DNA from: a virus
Lineage: Duplodnaviria > Caudoviricetes
DNA length: 39,014 nt
Strand: one strand, 5' to 3'
IMG/VR virus record: IMGVR_UViG_3300005805_000202
Location: 1 to 39,014 of that record
A program made the translations under genes and the position numbers. Positions 26,083 to 34,080 of the stretch are shown in pieces (position 1 is the first letter of the stretch; the number at the start of each line of letters is the position of its first letter). Below the pieces are notes generated by a model. It searched no databases and had not been told where the DNA came from. It was given only the letters and a program-made list of their open reading frames with translations.

Positions 26083-26517
26083 ATGGATGATTTATATCAA
26101 TCACTTTTTAAAGTCCAAACAAGTCTGTTTGATTTGTTTCACAAGACCTGGGCTTTTCATTGGAACGTAGTTGGACCTGATTTCCCACAACTTCATGAGT
26201 TGTTTGGAAACCAGTATGAAACTATGTTTGGTGAGATTGATCGTCTGTCTGAACACATGCGTTATCTACGCATGAAACTTTTTAATTCACTTGCAAAAGT
26301 AGTTGAGACATCTGAAATTCCCTCAGTTGATGGGCAACCAGATGCGAAGATGATGGTCAGTCGTTTACTTTCGGATAATAAAAAACTCATTGATCTCTTG
26401 ACAGATGCTGTTGAGAAGGCTGAAAGTTCCAAACAATATGCAACTGCCAATCTTCTGCAAGATTTAATCGAAAGTCATGGTAAATTTGTTTGGATGTTAA
26501 GAGCCGTTTTAACTTGA
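26083..26517 (+). CDS. dps: Dps-family ferritin-like protein
   Basis: HWNVVGPDFPQLHELF..QY......D.LSE ferroxidase signature and C-terminal H.KF.WMLRA. Confidence 0.9.
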   Translation: MDDLYQSLFKVQTSLFDLFHKTWAFHWNVVGPDFPQLHELFGNQYETMFGEIDRLSEHMRYLRMKLFNSLAKVVETSEIPSVDGQPDAKMMVSRLLSDNKKLIDLLTDAVEKAESSKQYATANLLQDLIESHGKFVWMLRAVLT

Positions 26518-26539
26518 TTTGAAAAAGGAATGTTGAAAA

Positions 26540-26788
26540 ATGTTATCTGCCAGATGCAAAGTCTGCAACAAGGAACTTACAAGTACAAGTAAAATCCAGT
26601 TTTGTGGATGTACAAATCAAATGAGTGTTGTAGATAATAAGGTTGGTGCAATTGACTTAAGTAAAGTTGTATTAACCAAAACCGAAAACACTGTAAATAA
26701 TCATGGAGCCCTGTCCAGTCAGGACTTACAATACCAGGAAGAACGACGCAAACGCAAAGTTCGCAAACTTGACTTTGAGGAACGATGA
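26540..26788 (+). CDS. Small Cys-rich (Zn-ribbon-like) hypothetical protein
   Basis: CKVC...CGC.N and basic tail RRKRKVRKLDFE. Confidence 0.75.
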   Translation: MLSARCKVCNKELTSTSKIQFCGCTNQMSVVDNKVGAIDLSKVVLTKTENTVNNHGALSSQDLQYQEERRKRKVRKLDFEER

Positions 26789-27006
26789 TCAACCTGCACC
26801 AACGGTTCAATCACTATCTGAACACTGATAAGACTATTGACTTGCGTGACGTAAATGAAAAGGTGATCAGTTATGGTTGGACCGATGATGGTGCAAATCT
26901 CACTGGTTATTATGTCTTGACAGAAAACTTTGAACTGGTGTATAATCTTAACGAAGAGTTCCAGTACAAAGTTCCTAGGAAGTCTTTGGCATCAGTAAAA
27001 AAATAA
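26785..27006 (+). CDS. Hypothetical protein
   Basis: Shine-Dalgarno GAGG and ATGA coupling. Confidence 0.7.
   Translation: MINLHQRFNHYLNTDKTIDLRDVNEKVISYGWTDDGANLTGYYVLTENFELVYNLNEEFQYKVPRKSLASVKK
26917..26946 (+). promoter_or_regulatory. Sigma70-type promoter for tRNA-Ser
   Basis: TTGACA-18nt-TATAAT within the upstream ORF. Confidence 0.75.
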
Positions 27007-27091
27007 GGAAAGGTGGTCGAGTGGTTGATGGCTCTGGTCTTGAAAACCAGCGAGGGTAACACCTCCGTGGGTTCGAATCCCACCCTTTCCG
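27007..27091 (+). tRNA. tRNA-Ser(TGA)
   Basis: Acceptor GGAAAGG/CCTTTCC, anticodon loop CT-TGA-AA, long variable arm GAGG..CCTC, G73. Confidence 0.94.
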
Positions 27092-27117
27092 TTTTCTAAA
27101 TATCATTAATTCACCCC

Positions 27118-27237
27118 ATGCAAATGGAAACCGAAACCGAACTTCCTCTTCCAGTGGACGAAGAAAAAAGTGTCCAAGAGGAATTGACAGATGAGTATTT
27201 GTCGTTGTATAGTATAGACAACAACGACGCACAATAA
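27118..27237 (+). CDS. Possible 39-aa acidic peptide
   Basis: MQMETETELPLPVDEEKSVQEELTDEYLSLYSIDNNDAQ after a CTAAATA box. No clear Shine-Dalgarno. Confidence 0.3.
   Translation: MQMETETELPLPVDEEKSVQEELTDEYLSLYSIDNNDAQ
27184..27213 (+). promoter_or_regulatory. Sigma70-type promoter for tRNA-Ile
   Basis: TTGACA-18nt-TATAGT. Confidence 0.7.
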
Positions 27238-27246
27238 CGTTGTTAT

Positions 27247-27318
27247 GCCTCTGTCGCCTATCGGTTAAGGCCCACTGCTTATAACGGTGTGAACGGGGTT
27301 CAACTCCCCGCAGAGGTA
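27247..27318 (+). tRNA. tRNA-Ile(TAT)
   Basis: Acceptor GCCTCTG/CAGAGGT plus A73, D-stem GCCT/AGGC, anticodon arm CACTG-CTTATAA-CGGTG, T arm CGGGG-TTCAACT-CCCCG. Confidence 0.85.
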
Positions 27319-27354
27319 TTCCCCTTAGGGGGACCAAACCTACTGTTCACTAAA

Positions 27355-27573
27355 ATGTCACTGTCGTCAAAGTTCAAGAAGAACCTTCAAGTTCTTACTC
27401 AAACCGTAGATGGTACTGTCTCACTTGACTTCCAAAATCCTAAACTTTATAAAAAAATCTTGCGATACTATGAGGATCAGGGGGTTGAGTTTTATGATGA
27501 TCCATATGACACTTACGAATATGTCATTGATCTTTTGAAAGAAGATCTTGCAACTGAGGGAGTGGCTGTTTGA
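27355..27573 (+). CDS. Hypothetical protein (cyanophage conserved)
   Basis: MSLSSKFKK...LD.QNPKLYKKI.RYYE..GV.F..DP.D.Y. Confidence 0.75.
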   Translation: MSLSSKFKKNLQVLTQTVDGTVSLDFQNPKLYKKILRYYEDQGVEFYDDPYDTYEYVIDLLKEDLATEGVAV

Positions 27574-27800
27574 TGAGTTCTGTTATTCTTGAACGTGGTG
27601 ATGTCCGTTATACTTACAACGGACTTCTAGAAAATGGAGTTAAAGACTATCGTATGCAATTGAAAGATTACTATACGAAACGTTGGAGTGATGTCTACTA
27701 TTTTGATAATGAGATGCAATGCAATATTGCAATTGAAGATCAAGACTACACCAACTGGCTTTTAGATCGTCCTTGTTATATCAAAGATGATGAAGAGTAA
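27570..27800 (+). CDS. Hypothetical protein
   Basis: Shine-Dalgarno GGAG. G.LENG..DYRMQ...W.D.YYFDN.MQC..A.ED. Confidence 0.75.
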   Translation: MMSSVILERGDVRYTYNGLLENGVKDYRMQLKDYYTKRWSDVYYFDNEMQCNIAIEDQDYTNWLLDRPCYIKDDEE

Positions 27801-27838
27801 CAGTTTCTTATTTCTGTAAAAAATAAGTGGCGAGCCTG
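27801..27838 (+). ncRNA. wcaG-RNA-motif-like element (single unit, putative pseudoknot)
   Basis: CAGTTTCTTATTTCTG-TAAA-AAATAAGTGGCGAGCCTG has crossing pairings (CAG/CTG and CTTATTT/AAATAAG). It lies upstream of an NDP-sugar epimerase, the known context of cyanophage wcaG RNAs. Confidence 0.5.
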
Positions 27839-27840
27839 AG

Positions 27841-27865
27841 AAGGGGTGGTTTATCCACCCCTTTT
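27841..27865 (+). terminator. Rho-independent terminator
   Basis: AAGGGGTGG-TTTAT-CCACCCCTT followed by TT. Confidence 0.8.
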
Positions 27866-27869
27866 ATTG

Positions 27870-27880
27870 TATAATAAATA
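27870..27880 (+). promoter_or_regulatory. Overlapping -10 (TATAAT) and late-like (AATAAATA) boxes ahead of the glycan operon
   Basis: Sequence TATAATAAATA 13 nt before the ATG at 27893. Confidence 0.55.
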
Positions 27881-27892
27881 CATCGAATTACT

Positions 27893-28984
27893 ATGTCACT
27901 GATGAAGACTGCATTAGTTCTTGGAGCTGGAGGATTTATTGGCTCCTGGATGGTAAAAAGATTAAAAGATGAAGGATACTGGGTTCGTGGTGTAGACCTG
28001 AAACATCCTGAGTTCTCCCGTCACAAAGCTGATGAGTTTATCATTGGTGATCTTAGAGATAAAAGTTTTGTCAATCGTGTGGTTGAGTATAAAGGAGAAC
28101 TGGGTAACTTCTATAACTCAATTCCTTATAAGATGATCGAAGGATTTGATGAAGTGTATCAGTTTGCAGCTGATATGGGTGGTGCAGGTTTTGTATTCTC
28201 TGGTGATTATGATGCAGAGATCATGCACAATTCTGCCACGATTAACCTGAATGTTCTTGATGCAATTGTCAAGACGAAAGGTATGGGTCGCAAGGTTCCT
28301 AAGATTTTCTATTCTTCTTCTGCATGTGCATATCCTTCACATGTACAAGAGGATGTAAACAATCCTGGTCTCCGTGAAGAAGATGCATATCCCGCAAATC
28401 CCGATAGTGAATATGGATGGGAAAAACTCTTTAGTGAAAGACTTTATCTTACCTACGCTCGCAACCATGGGCTTGATGTTCGTGTTGCTAGGTATCATAA
28501 TATCTACGGGCCCGAAGGAACTTGGGAAGGAGGACGTGAGAAAGCTCCCGCGGCTATGTGTCGAAAGGTTGCGTCCATCATGGGCAATGAAGGAGAGGTT
28601 GAATGCTGGGGAGACGGCGAACAAACTAGATCCTTCTTGTACATAGATGATTGTATTGAAGCTACCCGCAGACTGATGGAGAGTAACTACAAAGAAGTTA
28701 TCAACATTGGATCTGAAGAGATGGTTACTATCAATCAACTCATCACTACTGCAGCAAAGGTTGCAGGTAAAACTGTGACTATCAATCATATCGATGGTCC
28801 TCTTGGTGTTCGTGGTCGCAATAGTCAAAACGATAAGATTAGAGAAGCTCTCAAGTGGGATTATTCAGTCAGTCTTGAGGAAGGTATCTCTAGGACTTAT
28901 ATGTGGGTAGAGGAACAGGTTCACAAAAGTCATTTAAATGAGTGTTGGGAACAACATTATTATCCTGAAGAGAGTGAAGTATGA
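27893..28984 (+). CDS. GDP-mannose 3,5-epimerase-like NAD-dependent epimerase
   Basis: GAGGFIG, AADMGGAGF, SSSACAYP, YGWEK and REKAPAA.CRK, which are GME-type signatures. Confidence 0.85.
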   Translation: MSLMKTALVLGAGGFIGSWMVKRLKDEGYWVRGVDLKHPEFSRHKADEFIIGDLRDKSFVNRVVEYKGELGNFYNSIPYKMIEGFDEVYQFAADMGGAGFVFSGDYDAEIMHNSATINLNVLDAIVKTKGMGRKVPKIFYSSSACAYPSHVQEDVNNPGLREEDAYPANPDSEYGWEKLFSERLYLTYARNHGLDVRVARYHNIYGPEGTWEGGREKAPAAMCRKVASIMGNEGEVECWGDGEQTRSFLYIDDCIEATRRLMESNYKEVINIGSEEMVTINQLITTAAKVAGKTVTINHIDGPLGVRGRNSQNDKIREALKWDYSVSLEEGISRTYMWVEEQVHKSHLNECWEQHYYPEESEV

Positions 28985-29799
28985 TTGGATTTAATGCACT
29001 AGGTCAACTTGGACAACTGGGAAACCAGATGTTCCAAGTGGCCTCTTTGAGAGGTATCGCATCAAACAGAGGATATAACTTCTGTTTCCCCATTCACAAT
29101 CAAGTGTTTGTAGATCATCTTGGAAACAAACTGAGAGTGGATATACAAAATGTATTCACTTTACAGAATGTAAGTCCTCTCAATATTCAAAATATTGATC
29201 CTGGTAGACCCACAGTTGTTGAAGGTAATTTTCATTTCAATGAAGAACTTTACAACAACTGCCCAGACTGGGTTAATCTTCAGGGGTTTTTCCAGAGTGA
29301 AAAGTATTTCTCTCATGATAAAGTAATGGTTCGTGAGATGTTTACTTTCCGTCCTGAAATTATTGATCCTGCACGTTCAATGGTCAACGGACTGAATAAA
29401 GCTCCAATTGCACTTCACATTCGTCGTGGTGATTTCCTTCGCAACTCTGGTAATCATCACAACCTTGAACTTGAATGGTATGCACGGGCACTAGACAACT
29501 TTGATCTTGATGGTCGTCAGGTTGCAATCTTCAGTGATGATCCTGCCTGGTGTAAACAACAAAAATTGTTTAGTGATGATGACAAGTTCTTGATCAGTGA
29601 AGGTAACTCACACTATACTGATCTTGCAATGATGTCTCTTTGCACTGGTCATATTATCGCAAACTCTACCTTCTCTTGGTGGGGTGCATGGTTGGCTGAT
29701 AGTAAAGAAGTGATCGCACCTAAGAAGTGGTTCGGTCCTGACAATGCCCACCTGGATACAAAAGATCTTTATCCTGACCATTGGGAGGTCCTTGAGTGA
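28981..29799 (+). CDS. GT11 alpha-1,2-fucosyltransferase-like
   Basis: GQLGNQMFQ, GFFQSEKYF, HIRRGD, FSDD and ANSTFSWWGAWL. Confidence 0.92.
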   Translation: MIGFNALGQLGQLGNQMFQVASLRGIASNRGYNFCFPIHNQVFVDHLGNKLRVDIQNVFTLQNVSPLNIQNIDPGRPTVVEGNFHFNEELYNNCPDWVNLQGFFQSEKYFSHDKVMVREMFTFRPEIIDPARSMVNGLNKAPIALHIRRGDFLRNSGNHHNLELEWYARALDNFDLDGRQVAIFSDDPAWCKQQKLFSDDDKFLISEGNSHYTDLAMMSLCTGHIIANSTFSWWGAWLADSKEVIAPKKWFGPDNAHLDTKDLYPDHWEVLE

Positions 29800-30515
29800 A
29801 AGTCGCAGTAGTATTCATTGGAACTGGTAAGTATCTTAACTTCCTTCCATCCTGGTATGAACGTTGTGAAGAAAATTTTCTTCCTGGTGTAGAGAAACGA
29901 TATCTGGTTTTTACTGACGGTGAAATTCCAGAAGCACCAGAAAATGCAAGTGTATATCCAGTTGAACATCTTGATTGGCCATATATCACTCTCTACCGAT
30001 TTGATATCATCGGTAAAGCCCGTGGAGAAATTCTTCAGTATGATTGGTTAGTCTTCCTTGACGCAGACATGGCCGTGGTTGACAAGGTAACTCCAGAAGA
30101 GTTCTTTGATGAAACTAAATCTTTCTTTGGTGTTCATCACCCATGTCACTTCCTGAAGTTTCCCCCACATAATCAACCACCTGGTTCGTTTGAAACTAAT
30201 CCTTTGTCAACTGCAAAGGTTCCTGATGATTATGACTTCTCAATTTATTGGCAGGGATGTCTCTGGGGTGGTCGTGTTCCAGACGTGATCGAAATGATGG
30301 ATGAACTTCATGAACGTATTGAGACCGATGAGAAGAATAATGTGATTGCAACCTGGCATGATGAAAGTCATTTGAATGGTTTCTATGCACAGAACAAAGA
30401 GTTGGTTCATACTCTTGGTCCAGAATATGCCTTCCCTGAAGTCTTTGCAGACGCATGTGACTTCCAACCTAAGATGGTTCACCTAGCCAAAGACAACAGT
30501 AAGTATCATGTATGA
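29796..30515 (+). CDS. GT6 (ABO-type alpha-1,3) glycosyltransferase
   Basis: FIGTGKY, VFTD, WP..TL.RF, DAD, WQGCLWGG and WHDESHLN. Confidence 0.9.
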   Translation: MKVAVVFIGTGKYLNFLPSWYERCEENFLPGVEKRYLVFTDGEIPEAPENASVYPVEHLDWPYITLYRFDIIGKARGEILQYDWLVFLDADMAVVDKVTPEEFFDETKSFFGVHHPCHFLKFPPHNQPPGSFETNPLSTAKVPDDYDFSIYWQGCLWGGRVPDVIEMMDELHERIETDEKNNVIATWHDESHLNGFYAQNKELVHTLGPEYAFPEVFADACDFQPKMVHLAKDNSKYHV

Positions 30516-31315
30516 ATTTAAAGGTAGGTCTCTCTGGTTGTTCTCTTGAAAAGATTGGAAATACTGTAAGGAAGTATTCTTCTAATGAGGACTACAACAG
30601 TAGACTTCTAAAACAATCTGAGAAACAAGACTATTTTTCAAAATTTGTATTCACCAGACTATCTACTCCTAGGGTCATCTCTAGGGGTGATAGTTATTTT
30701 GATATGGATTACGTTCAAGCTTCATCTTTTAACACATTCTTAACCACTGCAGATGTAAAACAATTAGATTTTATTTGTGACGGTCTGCATGAATACTTTG
30801 AGTTTTTGATTGAACATTCCAGAACTCAAAACATTCAGTCAAAAGTTATCCATAAATTAGATAGTCTTGAACAAACACCCTTTGTCGAATATCTAAAGTC
30901 ACTTGATGTTGACTATAATGTTCCAAAGAGTTTTTGTCATGGGGACTTAACCTTTACAAACATATTGTTTCACAAGAAAAAGTTATATCTTATTGATTTT
31001 TTGGATAGTTTTGTTGATACATTTTTGGTTGATCTCTGTAAACTAAAGCAAGATCTTTATTACCACTGGTCAATTAAACTTCATGATGGTATGAACGTTA
31101 GATTATATCAATCTACAAATTATATTTGGAAGAACATAGAGGAGAGATATAAAGAATATATCAATACCCTTGCGTTTGATGTTTTAGACGTTGTAAACTT
31201 ATTGCGTATACAACCATATCTCAAAGACCCATCTCATCAGTCAATCCTATCTTATCTAATAGAAAATACGGAGTTATATGAAGACTTTACTTGTTCCTAT
31301 GGCGGGACGATCTAG
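30512..31315 (+). CDS. Aminoglycoside/choline kinase-like phosphotransferase
   Basis: GLSG, VRK, MDYV, CHGDLTFTNILF and LIDF. Confidence 0.8.
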   Translation: MNLKVGLSGCSLEKIGNTVRKYSSNEDYNSRLLKQSEKQDYFSKFVFTRLSTPRVISRGDSYFDMDYVQASSFNTFLTTADVKQLDFICDGLHEYFEFLIEHSRTQNIQSKVIHKLDSLEQTPFVEYLKSLDVDYNVPKSFCHGDLTFTNILFHKKKLYLIDFLDSFVDTFLVDLCKLKQDLYYHWSIKLHDGMNVRLYQSTNYIWKNIEERYKEYINTLAFDVLDVVNLLRIQPYLKDPSHQSILSYLIENTELYEDFTCSYGGTI

Positions 31316-32333
31316 TAGATTTCCTGGTACTAGACCCAAATGGATGTTGACTCATCCAAAAAATAATAGGTTGATGGTGAGTGAAGCCATCTCAGGTCTT
31401 AATCTTGAGTTCTTTGATAGGATTAAGTTTGTTTGCCTTGAAGAACATCAGGAACAGTATCAGTTCTTCGATGGGTTTATGGATGAACTTAAAGAACTTG
31501 GGTTAGAGACTAAGAGTTCTGTTATCTTTCTAGAGAAACCTACTGGATCTCAATCGGAGACTGTATATCAGGCCATTAAACAGGATGAGATTGAAGGATT
31601 CATCTTCATCAAAGACAGTGATGGATATTACGAATGTGAATTGACCTCTACAAATAATCAAGTCGCATTCTTTGACTTAAATGATATGGATAATATCAAT
31701 GCAAGGTCAAAGAGTTATATCACAATCGATGATTTTGGATTTGTCACAAACATTGTAGAGAAGAAAGTTATCAGTTCTACCTTCTCTTCTGGTGGTTATG
31801 GGTTCAATTGTGCGAAACATTTCTGCAACACCTTTGAGGCGATCAGAGACATGCCTGGTGAGTGTTACATCAGTCATGTGATCTTTGAAATGATGTTGGA
31901 TGGTCACCCTTTTAATTCTCTTAAGACATCTAACTTCAAAGATTGGGGAACAAAAGATGTCTGGATGAATTATAAGAACACATATAAGACTTTGTTCTGT
32001 GATATTGATGGAACTCTGATAACAAATTCATCATTACACTTTCCTCCTTATATTGGGGATGGTGAGCCCATTCAAGAAAATATTGATTACTTAAATTACC
32101 TGTATGGTGAGGACAGAACATATATTGTTCTCACAACAAGTCGTCCTGAAAAAACTAGACAAATTACCATTGATGAATTAGAATTGAAGGGTGTAAAATA
32201 TCATCAACTTGTTATGGGATTGCCTCATAGTCAACGTATTGTCATCAATGATTTTGCCACTTCCAATCCCTATCCTTCTTGTGGATCAATTAATCTTCCA
32301 CGAAACAATAACAATCTACGGGAGTTCTTATGA
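31278..32333 (+). CDS. Sugar-phosphate nucleotidyltransferase fused to a C-terminal HAD-like domain
   Basis: VPMAGRSSRF...PKW, DSD, EK and DWGT, then FCDIDGTL, TSR and IND. Confidence 0.8.
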   Translation: MKTLLVPMAGRSSRFPGTRPKWMLTHPKNNRLMVSEAISGLNLEFFDRIKFVCLEEHQEQYQFFDGFMDELKELGLETKSSVIFLEKPTGSQSETVYQAIKQDEIEGFIFIKDSDGYYECELTSTNNQVAFFDLNDMDNINARSKSYITIDDFGFVTNIVEKKVISSTFSSGGYGFNCAKHFCNTFEAIRDMPGECYISHVIFEMMLDGHPFNSLKTSNFKDWGTKDVWMNYKNTYKTLFCDIDGTLITNSSLHFPPYIGDGEPIQENIDYLNYLYGEDRTYIVLTTSRPEKTRQITIDELELKGVKYHQLVMGLPHSQRIVINDFATSNPYPSCGSINLPRNNNNLREFL

Positions 32334-33319
32334 GACCTAAGAAAATTTTAGTAACTGGTGCCGCTGGTAATATTGGATGCGGCCTTATGCGGCATCTAGA
32401 AGATCAGGGATATGAAGTTGTTGGAGTTGACAACTTCAGGAATGGTCGGTTGGAAAATATTAATGGGATTAGGAGTAAAGTCATCGTCGGTGATATCGAA
32501 GATGAGAATTTCGTTAATACCTATTTGATGGAACCATGGGATGTAATCATTCATTTAGCTGCCATCTCATCTCTTCCCGATTGCGAAACCAACAAGGCTG
32601 ACTGTCTTCGCATTAATGTAGTAGGTGTATCCAACATGTTGGAACTTGCCAGACACAGTGAAGCCTATCTCATTCATGCATCCACTAGTGCAGTCTATGA
32701 GAATACTAACTCATTGAACTTCCATGAAGATCTAGAGATTAATCCAACTCTTTATTACGCCCTCTCTAAAAAGATGGCCGAAGATCTGATCAATGCCTAC
32801 ACTGAAAACTACGGTATCAGGGTTGGTGTTCTTCGTTTCTTCAATGTCTTTGGTCCAGAGGGAGATCATACTCGTCCTAATCCTCCCCTGGTTAATTTCC
32901 TTGTTCGTGAATTTAAGAGAGGTCGTAGTCCTGTCCTGAGTGGTGATGGTTCTCAAGTTCGTGACTTCATTCATGTGGATGACATTCGTGACATGATTGA
33001 GGTTTGTATTCAAAAACAACCTAATGATGTATTCAATGTCTGCACTGGGATTACCTGCAGTGTTAATCAGATTGGTGAGTGGGTTCGTGAAGCCTTAGAG
33101 ACTGATCTGCCTCTCGCTCACAAGGATGCACAGGAACTCTGGGATCGTTATCCAAATCTTTTTGAAGGTGCATATCCCCTTAGTAAGGAAATAGTTGCCA
33201 AGGAAACTACACGGTTTTCTAAGGGCGTCTATGATAAGGCTAAAAAAGAACTGGGTTGGGAACCTAACCTAGATATTGAAGGTCTTGTGAAGAAAGTCGC
33301 TAAGGAGATCGTGATTTGA
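32330..33319 (+). CDS. NAD-dependent nucleotide-sugar epimerase/dehydratase
   Basis: TGAAGNIG, HLAA, STSAVY, YALSK, RFFNVFGP and RDFIHVDD. Confidence 0.9.
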   Translation: MRPKKILVTGAAGNIGCGLMRHLEDQGYEVVGVDNFRNGRLENINGIRSKVIVGDIEDENFVNTYLMEPWDVIIHLAAISSLPDCETNKADCLRINVVGVSNMLELARHSEAYLIHASTSAVYENTNSLNFHEDLEINPTLYYALSKKMAEDLINAYTENYGIRVGVLRFFNVFGPEGDHTRPNPPLVNFLVREFKRGRSPVLSGDGSQVRDFIHVDDIRDMIEVCIQKQPNDVFNVCTGITCSVNQIGEWVREALETDLPLAHKDAQELWDRYPNLFEGAYPLSKEIVAKETTRFSKGVYDKAKKELGWEPNLDIEGLVKKVAKEIVI

Positions 33320-34080
33320 GAGTTGCTGTATTTGTTTTTGGTCAACCTAGATTTCTAGACAATCCACACGCATTTGCGTCACAGAAAAAGTTCATCTTTG
33401 ATAGGTATGAAACGGATGTCTTCTCGCATATCTGGTGGTCTCCAGATGAGAATAGTTATTCATACTCAAAATGGGAAGGTGGTGGTACATTCCACCCCTT
33501 CCTTGATGAACAGAAACTCAAGGTTACTGAGAATGCAATTGATGTAATTCAAGAAAGATATAGTCCCCTCAAACTTTTAACGCAACCATCCAAACCCTTC
33601 TCCAATGAAGACCTATATAATGCTATAACCGAAAGGTTTCAAGCTGAAGGTAGATTCACCAGAAACAATCTGAGTAACTTTTTATCTCAGGCTTATTCGA
33701 TTGAGAAGACATCAGAACTTTACGAACAATATCTCTCTGAAGGTGGAGAACGCCATGACTTTATTGTCTTGGTGAGAACAGACCTTAACATTCAATACTT
33801 CCCAGATTTTAACGAACTCAATACGAGTAAGTATTACCTCTCAAACCATCACAATGGTTTTCCAGATCTTGCTTTTATCATGGGAACTAAGTTCCTGAAG
33901 ACTAATAAGATCTATTCCTATATGATGAGTGAAAGATGTATCCAGGATGTATCTAAAATGCCTGGTGCTTATGGAGAATGTTTTAAGTTGTTTACTTATC
34001 AAAGATATTTCTCAAACTCTGATCTTGATCCTATCCACATGCCATGTTTTGTTGTAAGAAACAATGAAGACCCAAACTAA
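33316..34080 (+). CDS. 'GQPR' family putative glycosyltransferase, paralog 1
   Basis: VAVFVFGQPR, DVFSHIW, YSIE, DFIVLVRTD and FPDL. Confidence 0.65.
   Translation: MRVAVFVFGQPRFLDNPHAFASQKKFIFDRYETDVFSHIWWSPDENSYSYSKWEGGGTFHPFLDEQKLKVTENAIDVIQERYSPLKLLTQPSKPFSNEDLYNAITERFQAEGRFTRNNLSNFLSQAYSIEKTSELYEQYLSEGGERHDFIVLVRTDLNIQYFPDFNELNTSKYYLSNHHNGFPDLAFIMGTKFLKTNKIYSYMMSERCIQDVSKMPGAYGECFKLFTYQRYFSNSDLDPIHMPCFVVRNNEDPN

Noticed and set aside
27319-27333. Hairpin TCCCC-TTAG-GGGGA after tRNA-Ile as a terminator
   Set aside because: No U-tract. More likely a processing or stability stem, and its function cannot be assigned.
26975-27337. 120-aa minus-strand ORF
   Set aside because: Antisense to tRNA-Ser and tRNA-Ile.
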